From Haplodiscus bocki (lineage: Eukaryota): a stretch of 64,000 nucleotides of DNA. Location of the stretch: NCBI GenBank assembly GCA_965655095.1, contig OZ296652.1:35836001-35900000 (forward strand), written 5' to 3'. The notes beneath the pieces were generated by a model that made no database searches, was not told the origin of the DNA, and saw nothing but the letters and a program-made list of their open reading frames with translations. Position numbers and translations under genes: made by a program. Of this stretch, positions 48,743-63,700 are shown piece after piece; position 1 is the first letter of the stretch, and every line of letters begins with the position of its first letter.

Positions 48743-51700
48743 TAACATTGATGGACAACTGTAACGAAGATCAAGCAAAACATACATCATGGGTTGTAGT
48801 CACACATACACACACCAGTTGATAATCTTGCATTAAATAAGACTTGCCCATCATATCATATTGATTTGAAAAACACTGATGGAATCTGGAGTTCCTCTAC
48901 GCTGAATTTTATCAGTACCGACCGGTAGTCGATGATAGCTGCATTGCATCCTTCGCCAGAAATCCAATTTGACGCAATCGGCTTGTTGACGGCAAATAAA
49001 GTGAATATAGTGAACACTCGATCAGCACTGGACGTAATAGCAGCCGGATCAATTGGAGAAAATCTATGGAGTTTCAATTTTTTCCATCGAATAACTAAAA
49101 AAAACTTTACTAAATGTCAAGAAAAAACTTTGCTCCATCATTATATAATTGAATAGGAACACTGATTCCGCAAACGTTCTGAAATTTTTGTAAGTACGAA
49201 TGCAACATTACAACATTATGTCCGAAAGCTCAAACAATGCAACTTTTTCTAAATCCTGGTCCAGAAACAAATCCCAAATTTTCAATTGGAACCGAAATGA
49301 GCTTTTGCAATATGCTCTAACCGAAATTGGCACCCTGATTTGAGCGCGAAAGCTTCAATCTTGTTAGGATTTTACAGCACTGACCAAATACTTGACGTAC
49401 AAAATTAATATAACAATCAGTTTTGGTGCCAGGTGGTGAACACATGCCCAAAAATTTCATTTAGCAACTTCTTTATTAGTCACAACGAAGCTGGACACCA
49501 TGAACCAGCCATGAAATGTTCTAGGTGAGAAAATTTTTTGACGGGACTTTACCTAAAACAAGTTTTCATTTCGATAGAAGACCCTCCAACTACATCACAA
49601 ATGGTCTTTCTTCACTTTCTCTGTTTTGTACTTTTACACTGGTCGTCTGCCAGATTCTGAAAACTGAGCCGATTTAAATACCCGCCGCTACACCTTTCCT
49701 TCCGGCTCCCCTGGAAAGTTTCATTCACATAATTGTGCACGGGGGCATATTCTTATTCAGCCTCCCATAAACTAACCACATTGGATTATTGTTTCATTTC
49801 AAGAATCGCACTAACCATTCGAAGACGAAAATGTCTTGAAACTATAACGTTTAACTCGTACACTGCACCTGGAATAACAGACAATTAATTTAACAAATAA
49901 TGTGATCTGTTCTTCGAATAACATCGACAGTCTCCACGCAAATCGTTTCCGCCAAATGAAATTGAAGAAACATTGAAACAGGTATCACAGTCACGTTTAC
50001 AGTCTGTAGCTCATCAGAGACTTGAGAAAACTGGAAATCCTATCACAGCACCAACTTTTTCTAACAGTGTGCAACTTCTTAACCACAAAAGTCAAGTTTA
50101 TATTTCCAGCAGGAAAGCGGGTTTATCGAATAGAACAACCAATACACAAATGGAACCATACAAATTTCACCCAAGGATTCAGATAAACTTATGCGTTAGC
50201 ACCATGATGCTCCACATTGAAGGAGTAGCAGCCAGATTGCTACAAGTCAGGAACAGTCAGTCTCATCAACGTTTAGAAACTTCCAGGAAATACTCATAAC
50301 ATCATTTCAGGGTCCAACTAAAATTTACTGTTTTAGTCTTCATGGTGTATCACCATCTCGTATAAGGTCCACCACTCGTACATGGACGCTAATGATCCTC
50401 CTTCTGTCATCCACCTGTTTGTTGAAATAATTTGAGAATTGAATGACAATTCCTCTTTAGTACCATCTCCTGTCAGTGGAATCTCGTTTTGTCCAAAAAA
50501 AAAGGAGTTTGGACGCAAGTACTGGAGGCTCAAGAATCTTCATGAAAATGTCATTTCTTCCTCAAGTTCTTCACCACGAATGGGATTTTTTTCGTGTTTT
50601 AGACTACATCACCTAGCAGCAAAGAAGATAGTACTCATCTCTCCGTAAATGCTCTTCAGATTCAACGTGCATTAAAATTGCTCCGGAACCACGGGCTTGA
50701 TGAAAAAAGTATAATTAAAAATACCACAGAACCATGTGGTTGGACTCTTCTCTCGATATTTGGGACCAGTTGCATACGTCTGTCTAACTGCTGTGCCAAC
50801 GGGGTTAGGGAAACCTCTGGTATAGTACCACTAGTTGTCACTGCTAAACTCCCTTGCAGAACAATCTCTTGGCTCCAAATGATGATAAAACATTAGGAGG
50901 CCAGAGAAGGAACCGAAGCATTCTCCAATGGGGTCTGACAACTTTTATCTTCATTTGATGTCTTTACAGTCGACTAAAAACCTTTCTGCCGCCTTCCGCA
51001 TTTTGGTTGTGCATCTATTTTTCCAGCAACACAAGAAAACACTGTAGACGTATGAAAATTGCAATGATTGGACAAAAATGCCGGACCCAAATACTAACTC
51101 GAAAACTCAGCTCTTTGTCCAAAATGCCACAGTACTCTGTTGGCAACCTCACTTCCTGTCACCTCTGTACTACTACTTAGCTACTACTTAGGTCAAAGTA
51201 GGACAGAACATTTCAAGATTACATCAACACTTGTGTTTCTGAAAAATACAAAATTATGCACCACCATACGGCAAATCAACAAAACAGGCGTGAAATAGGC
51301 ATTACTTGAAAGGGCTCTGGCTACAGTATCACGCGCTGGTAGTGTCTTCCTTTTCTCCGTTCTGAAAACTTTTGACGCTACCTTTTTCCTGTTGTTTTTT
51401 TTACAGTGAATATACCCCCGCCTGACGCTTCCTGGTGTGCTGTACGACACGACTTTGAAAAGGAACCAACAAGTGGCTCACTAACTTGCACCAACTCTTC
51501 CGCTACAACATTAGTCTTTCCTCTCCCAACAACTGTCTCTGGTAGCTCTACAAGGGGCCAAATCAACACTCTCTTGTCTAATGATTGTCAGCAGATGCTA
51601 AAGAGCCTGAAAGAAACTTAGGCGCACACCCAGTAGAGCACATTTTCTCCGCATAGATTTCAACACAAGGACTCAATTATTTTGTTTGTACATCTGAACA

Positions 51701-54700
51701 ATCAACATAACTGAAATCATTTCCGGAATTGTGATCCAAAAACAGTCAACACGACTACTGGTAACTAAATGAGAAACGACTATGTGATTCCGTCCGGCAT
51801 ACGTAGTCAATTCATTCTCTATATCTACTGAAGTCATAGAAACTCTATTTTCAAAAGCGAGCTGTTCAATCAGAACATCCTGTATGTCTCGCGGAGAATC
51901 AATCCAAGAATGCAAGAAACAAAAACTGAACAATTTTCCGACGATCAACAAGGAATTTAGGAAAAAACAAAAAAATGATCAATGGATAAAATTAAATCGA
52001 TATATTTACACATGCAGGAGGCTTTTCAGTAGAGTTACCTGTAGTTTTGCTCATTGTACCTAAAGCCGGCGAGAACTGCCAAAAATGGAATTGTTCACAA
52101 TTCTTCGCGAAAGTCAGAAACAGTTTTCCTCGAGACTGCTGGCAGGGGTTCTTCCTTAAATTTCTCAGCCGACATTTCTCTACCAATTATTAGATACTAA
52201 AACCATACTTGTTGGGTTGCTTTGCATGACAAATCTGATCGAATCAACCTGTGTAATGTGCTAACAGAACTGAAGTTCCACCTCCAAAACTCAACTGTTT
52301 TATCTTCTAAACTATCAAACAGATTTTTTCTAACGACCACTCAGTTGAAAAACTCCGTCCAGCAGAGTTCTTGTCAACTTCAAAAACCTGCAGCTCTATT
52401 CTGTGTAGTGAAAACATGAGCAGCAGAAAATGCCAAAAACTGCCATACTTTTTCCCCGAAACACAGGTTGACTTTCCCGAGCAATTTTTGACGGCAAATC
52501 TTCCTTGAAGTTTGCAATCAAGAATCTTTTATCAAACCACGCCCACTAAGAACCTGTTTGTGATTTCTTCACTTGCGTCGGACAAATGATGAAACAAAAG
52601 TCTGATATGATGAGCAATACTGACTTATCAGAAAATTCGAATAGACTCTTCTTCAAAACTATTGGCTAGTTTGCTCACAACAAGTTGTATAACGACACAT
52701 TTTTTTTCAAAGTTGACGAACACTTGAATAACTATTTTCAAAGGATTTTCCCGTTATCAGCGACATATAGAGCAAAAATTGGCAAAAGTATCAAAACTTA
52801 AATTTTTTCCCAAAAATCAAAGTAACTTTCAAGCAAAATTATCCATTGGAATAACTCCCTGAAGATCACAAAAAAATCCTCACTCTGCAAGTTTTCAATT
52901 TTTTTTGGTTTGCTTGATTGCATTGGAAACTTCATAGGCTGAATACGCCAAAGATTACCAAAAATTCGGGCTTTTTTGAAGTTCGAACTCACTCAGTTCC
53001 GAAAAATCGATAAAATTTCTTCTGGTAATGACTCAATGGGGAATTTCAACCTGAAAAGCGCCTTTCAAAAGCTTTCTTACCAGTCCTGCTCCTTTTTCCA
53101 AAAACAGAAAAGTCGATACAGACAGACAAAAAACAATCTATTCATGATTTTTTTGAAACCTGAAATTACTTTACTCTAAACCAACCGGTTGGATTTCCTT
53201 AAGGAAAGTCTCACTACACGGTGTTCATCATGTGGACTCTGATTTATTGAACTATTTACAAAATATGTTGCAGACATACGATCACTGATAAATCAAATTT
53301 GGCCAAAAAGCAAAGAAAAAAGATCCTCGTAGAAACTCGAATACCCACTCATACAAAACTAACGGTTGAAATAACTCCGAAAAGATCTGAGTGAACAAAC
53401 TTCTACAGGTAGGCTTTTGATTAGTTTTATTTGTTGTTCTGTTAGCTTGAATGGATTTGTGATAGTCCAAACAGTCCAAAATGCGAGTAATATTGTTTCT
53501 CACCTGAAATTCAGATTCACTCAATTGCAAACTTAATGCGCGGATTTGTTCCTTCAAGACCTCAATCAACAGTTTTTCAATTTCAGACGGCTTTTAAACT
53601 GCAATATTTGCCATTGCATTCCACGCATTGGAAATATGATATGCCCAAACTTGCAATCATTATCGATTTCTATCAAAATTCGAAATGATTTGAAAAGAAC
53701 CGCCTGGAGTTTTTCTATTAAGTTTTTAGTTGAAAACTTCATTTTCAGTTAGCCGAATTGAAAAACAAAATTAAAGTTTTTTCATTGCATGAAAGCCCTG
53801 GTAGAGCAAATATCCCCAACAAAAATCAACTGGCTATGACTTTTATTGTTAATTTCACTCATTTTCTCCTAAAGTACCGGCTGGAATTGTTATTCGAAAG
53901 CTTTTTTTGGAGAAAGCGATTCAATAGAAATCGAAGGATTGATCCTTCTTCATCGCAAACACAATGGGCCAAAAATCCCAGGTGATGCTATTTGTGAGGA
54001 CTTGACTTAATATTCAAATTCGGTTTTCTCCGAAAGTGCTGGTGCATTTTTCATGCCAACGTCTCAATCGACACTAATTTTTTCAAAACATTTTTTAAAA
54101 ATTGTTCATGTTCGTTGCTTTGGAACCCTTTCAAGTGCAAAGACCAAGAAATGCTATTCATACTGCCTTTCCAATTTCGAAACTATTACTTTTTTCTCCA
54201 AACTTCTTGGATGAGTTTTTATCTGCAAGGTCTCAACGAACAGCTTTCAATTTGCCGAAAATTGTTACTGTTATCGTGAGTTGTGCTACTTGTACTACAC
54301 TAGTGACTTTTCTAGATATTCAAAATGCTTCCAGGTCAATGCTTTTGGTTGTGTTTCTTCCATCTAAGTTTCCTGTCAACAATTGTCCCAATAAAGTTAT
54401 TATATGAATAGAAATTTGGTTTTATCAGTCGCAATTGAAATTTCTTAGTCCAAATTTTCAAAATTTTACAGGTGGTGTGGTCTATTTTTGCCTTCCACAT
54501 TTGTGCTTCAGCCAAATACAATTTTTCTTTGTCAAATTCAATTGTTGTAGTTTCCATCAGTCTTATCTGCACACTTGTTATGGGGAAAAATCGCAACGCA
54601 GCTGCGCCTCTTGCTCACAAGTTCATCAAAAATTCAAATAAAGGCATCTGAAATCTTTTTGTAATCCTTTCGGAAATTATTTGTAATCAAAATTTCGCAG

Positions 54701-57600
54701 AGTGTGGAGGACATATTATCACCTGCAGTCAAAAATGAGCATTATTGTATGGAAAACAATTGATTGCTAAAAAAGTCTTCCCAGCTGCTCGTCGCGCTTT
54801 GAGAGAACACAAAGTAAATTTTTGGCGTCTTTAAACTGTTTTAAAACTTTTATGATGATTGTATGCGCCTTAATGATTTATGTACATTCAGAAAACGTTT
54901 CAAAATTTTATGAAGTCAATTTTGATCTATTTCATTTTTTTCCTGCTTGAGTTCTGCAAAAACATCATTTCTTCAAAATTAACATTTCCTTATTGGCTGT
55001 CAGTTTAGAAATAACTTCAGGTGAGTCAAATGTTTTGGAATTTTTTATTTCATGGAATGACACTTCACAGTTCTCTTCCTTTCTGTTTTGTTTCGCACTT
55101 TTTGGTGTTTGACTTTTGCAGATTATTTCAAGCTTCATATTTCAAAACCTTCAATACCTGTCATTTTGCGGAACTGTTTTACATTTCATCCAGAAATGTA
55201 AAACATTTAGAAATGTACCATTGCAGCCTTGTATCTTCTAACAAGCCGGACACAGCCCATGACTTATAAGGCTCAATAGTTTTGAAGGGGGAGCCTATGA
55301 TGTTCTTGAAAAGTTTTTTTTATCCTAGAAAATGTTTCGGTCGAAAAACATTACATCACACGGAAGAAAAAAATTGTAGGGGGACCATTTGCTGTTCTAT
55401 AAACTTTGTTTTGTTTTTTAGACTTTTGCTATAGCAAAGGGTGTGTATAACAATTTCTGTCGGAAAATTTTTTGTGTCAAAATGCCGAATTACTTCGTTG
55501 CGGGGACCATTTGATGTTGTCAAATTTCACGTTTGCTAGTTTTTCTGCTCTGGCTGTAGTGCTTGATACTAGAAAATAGCCTTTTCAACGCCACTCTTCT
55601 CTTGCATTACATGAATAACTCTTCATTTCCGTCGAAGACCCGGTAAAAATTTTTTCGGAAATTCCAGAAAAATAGCCATTATAATAGTCAACCACTTTTA
55701 CTTATATGAAAAACGCTGACTAAAAATTGTCAAAATATGATATATATGACTCTGCTGGATGATATGATAAAACAAACCAACGGAACTAGTGCCGCAATAC
55801 TTAAACTTGATTTGTTGAAATGTCACCTTCAAATTACAACCAATCAAACACAATTGCTTCCATGCTGAATTTCGGAGCAAAAAAACTTCCTGGAATAAAT
55901 ATTTATTGGGTGAACAGAAACTTGTTATGGATTTGCGTGATATAAATCAAATGGTTACTTTATCTTCCAAATCGAGCACAATTTTTGGAAGGCACTTAAA
56001 GCACCGATCCGAACTCATCAGACAATATCAAAGGCATCCAAATATGCATTTCCACTCCCCAACGATTCATTCCATAATATTCACGTCCCCGACCAAAGTT
56101 CATCCACTTTCCATGGCGAAAACTGTACATTACTAACTACAATATATTTCACCAAACTGTAGAGCTTGAGCGCTAGTTATGATGCCTCTTGTGTTGTGAC
56201 AAGAGGCTATGTACCGATCGATTCAAAATTATGCTATTTACGTTGAAATTTACTCAATTTGAAAATTAATTACGAAGCATTTATTAAAATTAAATTCAAG
56301 CAAAATCAGTTATTTAATGCAGAACTTGTGTTTTGAGCAACTTTGGCTGAAAAGCGCTTGACTAATGCAGCAACTTTTCCTTTTTTCGTACGACAAATGC
56401 ATTGCCTCCAAATTGATTGACGTTTAGTACACAATACACATATTTCAGGAAAGGTTTTCTGGCTTGACTAGCCGGCTCAAATTTTTGGAAGCACGGGAGT
56501 GTCTCCTCGACGAAGTTTCTCAGCGCTTTGAGATTAAAATTTTCCAAAAAAGCCGTTGCATTTTTTTGCTATAGTGAAGTTATCCAAAGCTAGAAATTTT
56601 GAAACATCCCTTTCAATCTTCGACACTGCGGCACATACGAAGTTTCAAAAATCCTCGCGGTATGCAGAGTATTGAATCGGTACAAGTATCGGATCGGAAA
56701 ACACGACTTCTTCCGTACCAGTGCACGAAGTAAAGGAATACACGATTTGATTAAATTGCACGGATATTCTGAGCTGCACATTCTGAAAATAAAAAATCTC
56801 GACCGGGGTCTCTGAACTTTTTATGACTGGTTTTGGCGTAATGAGTAAGTTTTGGAGTTTTTGGAGTATCAGAAAGTTTTTCTTACTCCGTAACTTGAAA
56901 TTTCTGGCATGTAGAACGGAATTTTCTTTGAATCTAGTACCGCTTTTTAGAAAAATTGGCGCTGTTTTTCATCATTTTTGAATATACGAAAAACAGGATG
57001 CCGTACACGAAGTTTTAGTGTAGGTACCGAAAAGCGATGCCGAAAGATACGAAATATAAGACACAACTGCAACTTTTGAAAATTTAAAAAACGCTCTACA
57101 CTAATTTCTGCTCTTTTGGGTGGAACTGTATGATTCCGTTTCCAACTTCTCTTGTAGGAATGTTTTTTTACTTCGAACTCGATAATCGGGATTTTCATTT
57201 TTTTCTATCATAGCATCACCGCACGCCGTAAATTATAGAAGCGTTTCTGAAGCTTTAAACAGATTTGATAAAATCATTTGTGACCTCTAATGGACAGTAA
57301 CAGAGCCTAAATGATTAGAATTTTAATCGACTCTCTTACTTGAATATTTACTTAGCGTTCAACCAAGAAAACAGTCAACTTGCTATGAGCAACACGCATC
57401 TCAGCGTTTTACTCCTTGGAAAGTCTTCAATTTCCTGCCAGAAATTCTGGATTCCTGAGTTTCCTGTTAAAAATCCTGAATTCCTGAGTTTCCTGTTGAG
57501 ATCTAGGTTCAGCATATAAATGCACTAAATTCAAAACACGCATGCGCTAAATGTAATAGGAACATTACAATTATTTTAAATCCAAATTATTATGCCCCGC

Positions 57601-57753
57601 CTCTGCAGTTTATCCGCTTTGACAGAAGCAGTCCAGGTTGATTAAAATTCAACGTGTCATGGCCACATGCTCAATAGCAGTTGCTACGGCCACGTTGAAA
57701 TTTAATCAACTTTGAATTGCTAGTGTGAAAGAGGATATAGCACAGTTGCAGAG
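57601..57753. repeat. ~150-bp imperfect palindrome (foldback MITE-like)
   Basis: Outer CTCTGCA...TGCAGAG; inner GTTGATTAAAATTCAACGTG / CACGTTGAAATTTAATCAAC (1 mismatch). Confidence 0.75.
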
Positions 57754-60700
57754 TATGTGACTACGGTACGCCAGGACAGCGGTTTGAACGCGAGGGCGAT
57801 CTTTTTTGCAATTTAACCTCCTGGATTTCCTGAATAAACTTCCAAGATCTTGTAAGATCCTAATAGGATTCCGGCATATTCCTACCAGGAATCCTGGGGA
57901 ATTCTGGAAGGATCCTGGCAGGAAATCCAGGACGTCGTACGCTAGGATTATTAGTTTTGATGTTGACAGATCTCAATTTTTGCGTCATTGCGCAATACTG
58001 GCATAGAACCTCTGTATTCATCTTACTCAATTCTGGCCTCAAAATTTCTAGCCTTTTTTTCATTCGTAGGTTAAGGTCAGTTTTCCGTGTAGAATTCCAA
58101 TCGGTGATCAAAATTCGGCCAAACCGCCCAAAAAAGACTTACTATTGCTTTAAAAACTCATCATATGTTGTTTTGAAATCACCATAATTTTGCAACCATA
58201 TAAGGATACCGTTTATTGATTAGTATGCAGAATCTTTTGACGAAATATTTTTTTTTGAAAAAGATGGGCACTTCCGTCATCTGTTATAACACGGAAATCA
58301 GAAATTCTTTCGAACATGCTTTTCTTTCATCTAGCAACCAATCAAAATTCCGCCACATTTTTAAAAAAAATCTTTCGTTCATCGCTTTAGTATTTTCATA
58401 GAGTATTAAACGTAAGATTTTGAGCAATTTTTGTTCGTCGCTCTCAGGGCAAACACTCTGGAATAAGTTTTTTTAATGTTTTGTGTGAGATTTTAAATTT
58501 GCTGTGAGATTATCAGAATTTTTTCATTTTTTTGGAAGACATCACTTAACCTTGGAAAGACAATATTTTCGAGTGTTTTTCAGACAATTTCCAATAGTGC
58601 TATTTCCACCAATTGAACTGTTTTGGGTTGCAAGCTTTGTCGAGCTCCGCTTCGGCTCTGTTACAATTGAATACGAAAATATTTCCTTCAGGTTTGCAAA
58701 TTTTGTAGGCGGCAGTATCATTAATAGTTCGCATTTATGCCGTGGATAGAACGTGCCTCGGAATATTTTTCGGGTTTTTTCATAAGTGAACAAATTGTAA
58801 AAACAAGCCGGGAACAGCTCAAAAACGCACTGCCCGAATGGCTCGAAATGTCAATGGAAAATCTCTTTTTGGATAATTTTAGTTCTCCTGACAAAATGTT
58901 AGGTTTATTTAATCACGTTTTTGTTCTCGCAAAAATATCGTCCCACTTTGCTGAAAAATTCGCTGTGTGCCTTTGGTACGACAATAACTGCCTTCAAAAA
59001 ATCAAAACTCAAAACTTTTTGTTGTATCGTTTTGCAAAAAAACTGTCGCTGTAAAGGGGGTATCAAGAAAAAAATCCCAATTCATAGCCGTGATAGTCAA
59101 TTTTTAAAAAATTGTCGTAATTTTTTCGAGACGTTAAATCGTGCTTATCTGCCTAAAGAGGCCACAGATAAGGGCGGTAGCAACTGAAAAATTTTGTGTG
59201 TTCCATTCTGGCTCATCTAATTCGTCCGAAAGGAAAGTGCTCATGAACATGATATTCCTGAACACTTTCCTTGCGAACGAACCAGCCAGAATGGAACGCA
59301 CATGAAATGCGAAGTTGCTACCGCGTTTATCATCTCTGCAATTCATATTTTTCATCGGTGACTATTGTATTTTATTTTACAATACCATTGGGAACGTAAG
59401 AAAAACGACTGTTAGTTCTCTTCAAAAAATAAGTTTAAATGTTTCTAGTCCTACCTGCCTGGTTCAAATCCCAAAGAACATCAACGGCAAAAAGCGCTGT
59501 TTAACAGATTTCATAATTTTGAACGTCTCACGAAATTTCTTTCGAAAAAAAAGACATTTGACTTTTTCTAAGCTAAAGATCAATTTTCGACGTCCGTATT
59601 GTAGTTTTTCAATATTTGACGTATTTTTCTCCAACAATATTCACCAATTTCTCAGAGTGGGTAGAATATACGACCGTTGTTCAACGCTGTTTTTATAGCT
59701 CTGTAAATTAATTTTTCAAATCTGAACAACGCTATTTGAACACTGATTCTCTCCAAGGAACAAAACCTTGATTCCTTCACATGCAAATCAGACAATCAAA
59801 TGTGATAACGTAGCGAAAACAGGATGACATCACACAAAATGGTTATGAAAAATTTCTCTCACTACTTAAAGATCATTTTTTTTATTGTATTTTCATTTTC
59901 ACAAAATAACTTCAAAAATCGAGATCAGGTTCATGGAAGCCTAATTTTTTGGAGGCTGTATTGTTTCTGCAACTTCGATTGTATTAAAACTAAGAATTTC
60001 GGGGCTTTTGTCATTTTTGGCCCGTCGGTAGAAAATCGAACAAGTGAAAATGTTATGGTCTGCTTTTTTTACACATTGAGCTGAAACTCTCAGCCCCGAA
60101 TTAAAAGTAGATCCAAATAATTTGATTGTTTTGCGAAATCATCAAAAAAAATCATTTTAAAAATAGACGATACTTTTTTCGCTCCGAAGTTTAGTGTTGC
60201 CGGTGCTCTGATCACTGCTGATTGTTTTTCTAAACCAGAGCCGATCAGCGTTGAACCTTTGAAAGTTCAACCAGGGTAAGATTTCTTTCCCTATCTCAAT
60301 ACATTTCATGCAAGATTCCATTTTCCATTCGGACTCATTTCGGTTATACAAAATTTTCATTAATCTGACGGAAGCTCAGTGTATTCAGCCGTAAGATTGA
60401 GAAACTGGTTTGTTTGGAAAAAAGACATTTAAATCTTGCTCCAGAATAACTTTCAAGTGTTTAGATGAAAACAATTTGGTATGAAATTCCTAACTATTAT
60501 GAATGTTTTTAGTTGCTAGTATCGTTCGCAAAAGATTGCTTCAGTTTGATTAGAACCCGTTGCAAAAAGCCCGCATTAAAAAATATACTTTCTTGAAATA
60601 AAGCTGGAGTTCACTGGAGATAGTATTATTGATAATGTTCACCCCATAACATCTAATTTAACCCGCTAGAGCGTCAGAGGGAAAAAAATTGCCAAAAATC

Positions 60701-63700
60701 TAGTTTCACTCACATTAGGACAAACAGCAGCGAATTATGCGTAACGTAGAGACAAAAGACTTTCATCCACAAAAAAATGATATAACGAAATTTCCCTCCT
60801 GGTGAACTGGAAAGAAAAAATTCTATCTAATTTGGGAAGGATAGCGAAATAACGTTAAGGACAAATGTCCCACACTGTATCTCAATTTTTCCCAGTGAGA
60901 CTTCGAATTAAAAGCCTAATTATTGTGATAAACTCGAAAAGTGTTTCATATGGCGTAGAAGGAAGCGAAAACATCCATCAGCCGTCTGGAAATATGGAAT
61001 CACTGCAATATGAATAAGCTCAAAGAAACTCCTGTCCTCAATGATTTAAGAGCAAATTTTTCAAACTGATTATCAAAAAAAAAACAAACAACGAAATCTG
61101 AGTACTTCAAAGTGAGGGATGAAGGGGAAGGATAACTGAGCAAGAACTTAACGTCGTAAACACTGCCTTGTCCTAGCAAATAGCTCAAGGTGGTACAACC
61201 AACCTGCGGTAGAGCCTGTTTGACTTTTTTTGAGTATCTCAACTGAGAACAAGATCAACGTAACACCAAATCTTGCTATCCCCTAAATGGAAGCAATGGA
61301 GACTTTTCACCCACTTCAAAAGTGAAATTATGTTTTTGAGTTAAAGGGTAACCTGTACGTTAGGCAACCTTTTCTTGCCAATACACAGTCGAAACGAAAA
61401 ATAATTAAAAAAACCATAAATGAGAAGCTAGCCAAGAGAGACTTAGAAATTCAACAGGCTGCACCAGAGTAATGAATTGTAACAACAACAAACAACTGGC
61501 AATTGAAAACAAGTGAAGACAAACAAGACCGCAAATGATTGTCTGAGTGAAAAATTTCAAAACTATCGATGAGCTGAAGGCAAAACCCATGAAGGGAGTG
61601 CGTAGTGTCAGGACTTCTACGGTGCTGCTAAACCGCAAAATGACAAACTCACGAATCAATTGTGAACAGACTGAGTGAAGTGGATACTGACGAAAGACTA
61701 AGGTAAAAGTGCACGCAAGAATTGAAACGTGATTGCCACACCAGCTTAAGCCAATAAATTATCTTAGATCTCCGTGTATTTTCTCAACCATCTATGTCAT
61801 CGGCAGATTCATGTTCAAATTAGCGTTATGAAAGGCTCGTCTCGTTTTTCACTTCGTATGACGATCCCTAATTTTTGACTATGAACGGTTGATTATTTTT
61901 TATTGAAGCAGTGAGTAAAGAAAATTCAAAGTAATTCAGACTTTTGCAGAGTTGACTCATAAAATGATAATTTTACATCGATTCGAATTGTATGCTTATA
62001 TGGCCCAGTTGTTTTGAAAAAAAACATAAATTCCTTAATGAAATTGAGGTTTACTTATTCTCAATGAAATGTGTCGTGATGGAAAATTCAAAGTAATTCA
62101 TTATCCAAAGCATGCCGTTACAACAAACTATAACAGAACGATTATAAAATCAAATAACTACAAAATTCCTATCGTTGAACAGATTACCACCGAGACCGAA
62201 TTCGTCTACATCAATTAATCAGCTACTCTGAAATATTGCCTTTCAAGTAGCCTTTGAGAGCTCTGACATATTTAATCCCAGTCCAAGTGAACTATTCAGA
62301 GATATCAAATGTTTCGGGAGTCATAAAAGTGTCGTGTTTAGGTCGTTCAGTTCAATACTGCGACTTGTTAAGCAACACCTGTTCCTCCAACAATTGCAAG
62401 GAAGGCTGACAAAAAATTTCCCAGGACAATAATGTTTTTGCCAATATTCTTACGATTCTGTGCGGCTATCTTTGAAGAATCATAAACCTAAAAAAAACAT
62501 GAAAAACAAAAACTCAGAGACGAGACTGTGCTTCGCAGGAGCTTGTAATTCCACTACCTGAGAAATTCAACTGTGAAGAAAAATGAACGCCCAAAGGCTA
62601 GCCCTGGCTAAGTAAGTGGACCTTTTCACAAGAATGCACCCTGAAAGATTTTTTTATTTAAATTTCCATAGTCGTAGCCCAAGTGCGTGCTGACTTACCA
62701 TGTTTCAGGTGTTTCTGATTAAAAAATTGATTTGATCCGTTTCATTGAGCTTAAAAACACTTTTAGCCATAAAGTTGAATCCGGGGCTAAAATTCAAAAA
62801 ATGGAGTAAAGTAGAAAAAAACTAGCTAGCATTTGATTAGTTCAAGGCATAAATAAATCTCACAGTCATTCCCCAAAAAACATCAACCAAATAGCCAATG
62901 TTTGTTCAAAAAGTGTTTCATCAATGGACTGTCTATCCAACTATCAGGTAGAAAACTGAAAAAGGAGTGTAAATGTGGGAAATTTTTTAAAAACTGCAAA
63001 TTATTGACAGGTTTCCACTGACTTGAACGCTCCAAAGTTAGGTTCTTTGTCAACAACGTTTTCGAGTTCGAAAAAAATTTCGATTAACAAATCTCGTTTG
63101 ATATATAGTGCTTGTGTTGTGATGACAAAACTGAAAGACGTAACTTTTGGGAAACTACAAAAAGTACTTTTTTTCGAGGGCTCAAAAAAACAGAAACTGG
63201 CAACTTCGGCAAAAAAACTTAGTTGAAGATATATATCCAAAAGAATAAAGTCAAGTGGAGTTGGTTCGCAGAACTTGGTCGAAAAGCGAACATGAAAAAA
63301 GTAATGGTTTCAACAAAATAAATAAAAGCCTGCAAACTTTTGACATTCCAATTGCAGCGTATTGAAATATTTGCAGCAAATAGTCTGATTTTCAATAAAT
63401 GTTCATTTTTTGGCTAATCTCCAGGCGAATTGAAAACATGTGATCTCTTCTTTTCGAAAACGTTTTAACAAAAAACCCGATATTTTGCAATCAAAGTGCT
63501 TTGAATGAAAGAGGTAATTCAAAACTTCATCGAATCTTGCCAACAAGTGAAGAGTTTTCCAGTAACCATATCTGAAACCGATCAAACTTGCGACTTTAAA
63601 AAACTCAGTCGTGAGATGTCAAATGAAAGCTATATAGAGGTTCTCCGATGAATTGTTTGCAAGTGTAAAGCTTATGACGAAAAATCACCTCGCAAACCTT

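Noticed and set aside
52500-54600. Possible decayed DNA-transposon coding sequence on the minus strand
   Set aside because: Only faint motif resemblance; no catalytic signature recognised.
55275-59200. Degenerate satellite-like units (GGGGACCATTTG twice near 55380 and 55502; similar texture at 58500-59100)
   Set aside because: Unit boundaries and periodicity could not be established by eye.
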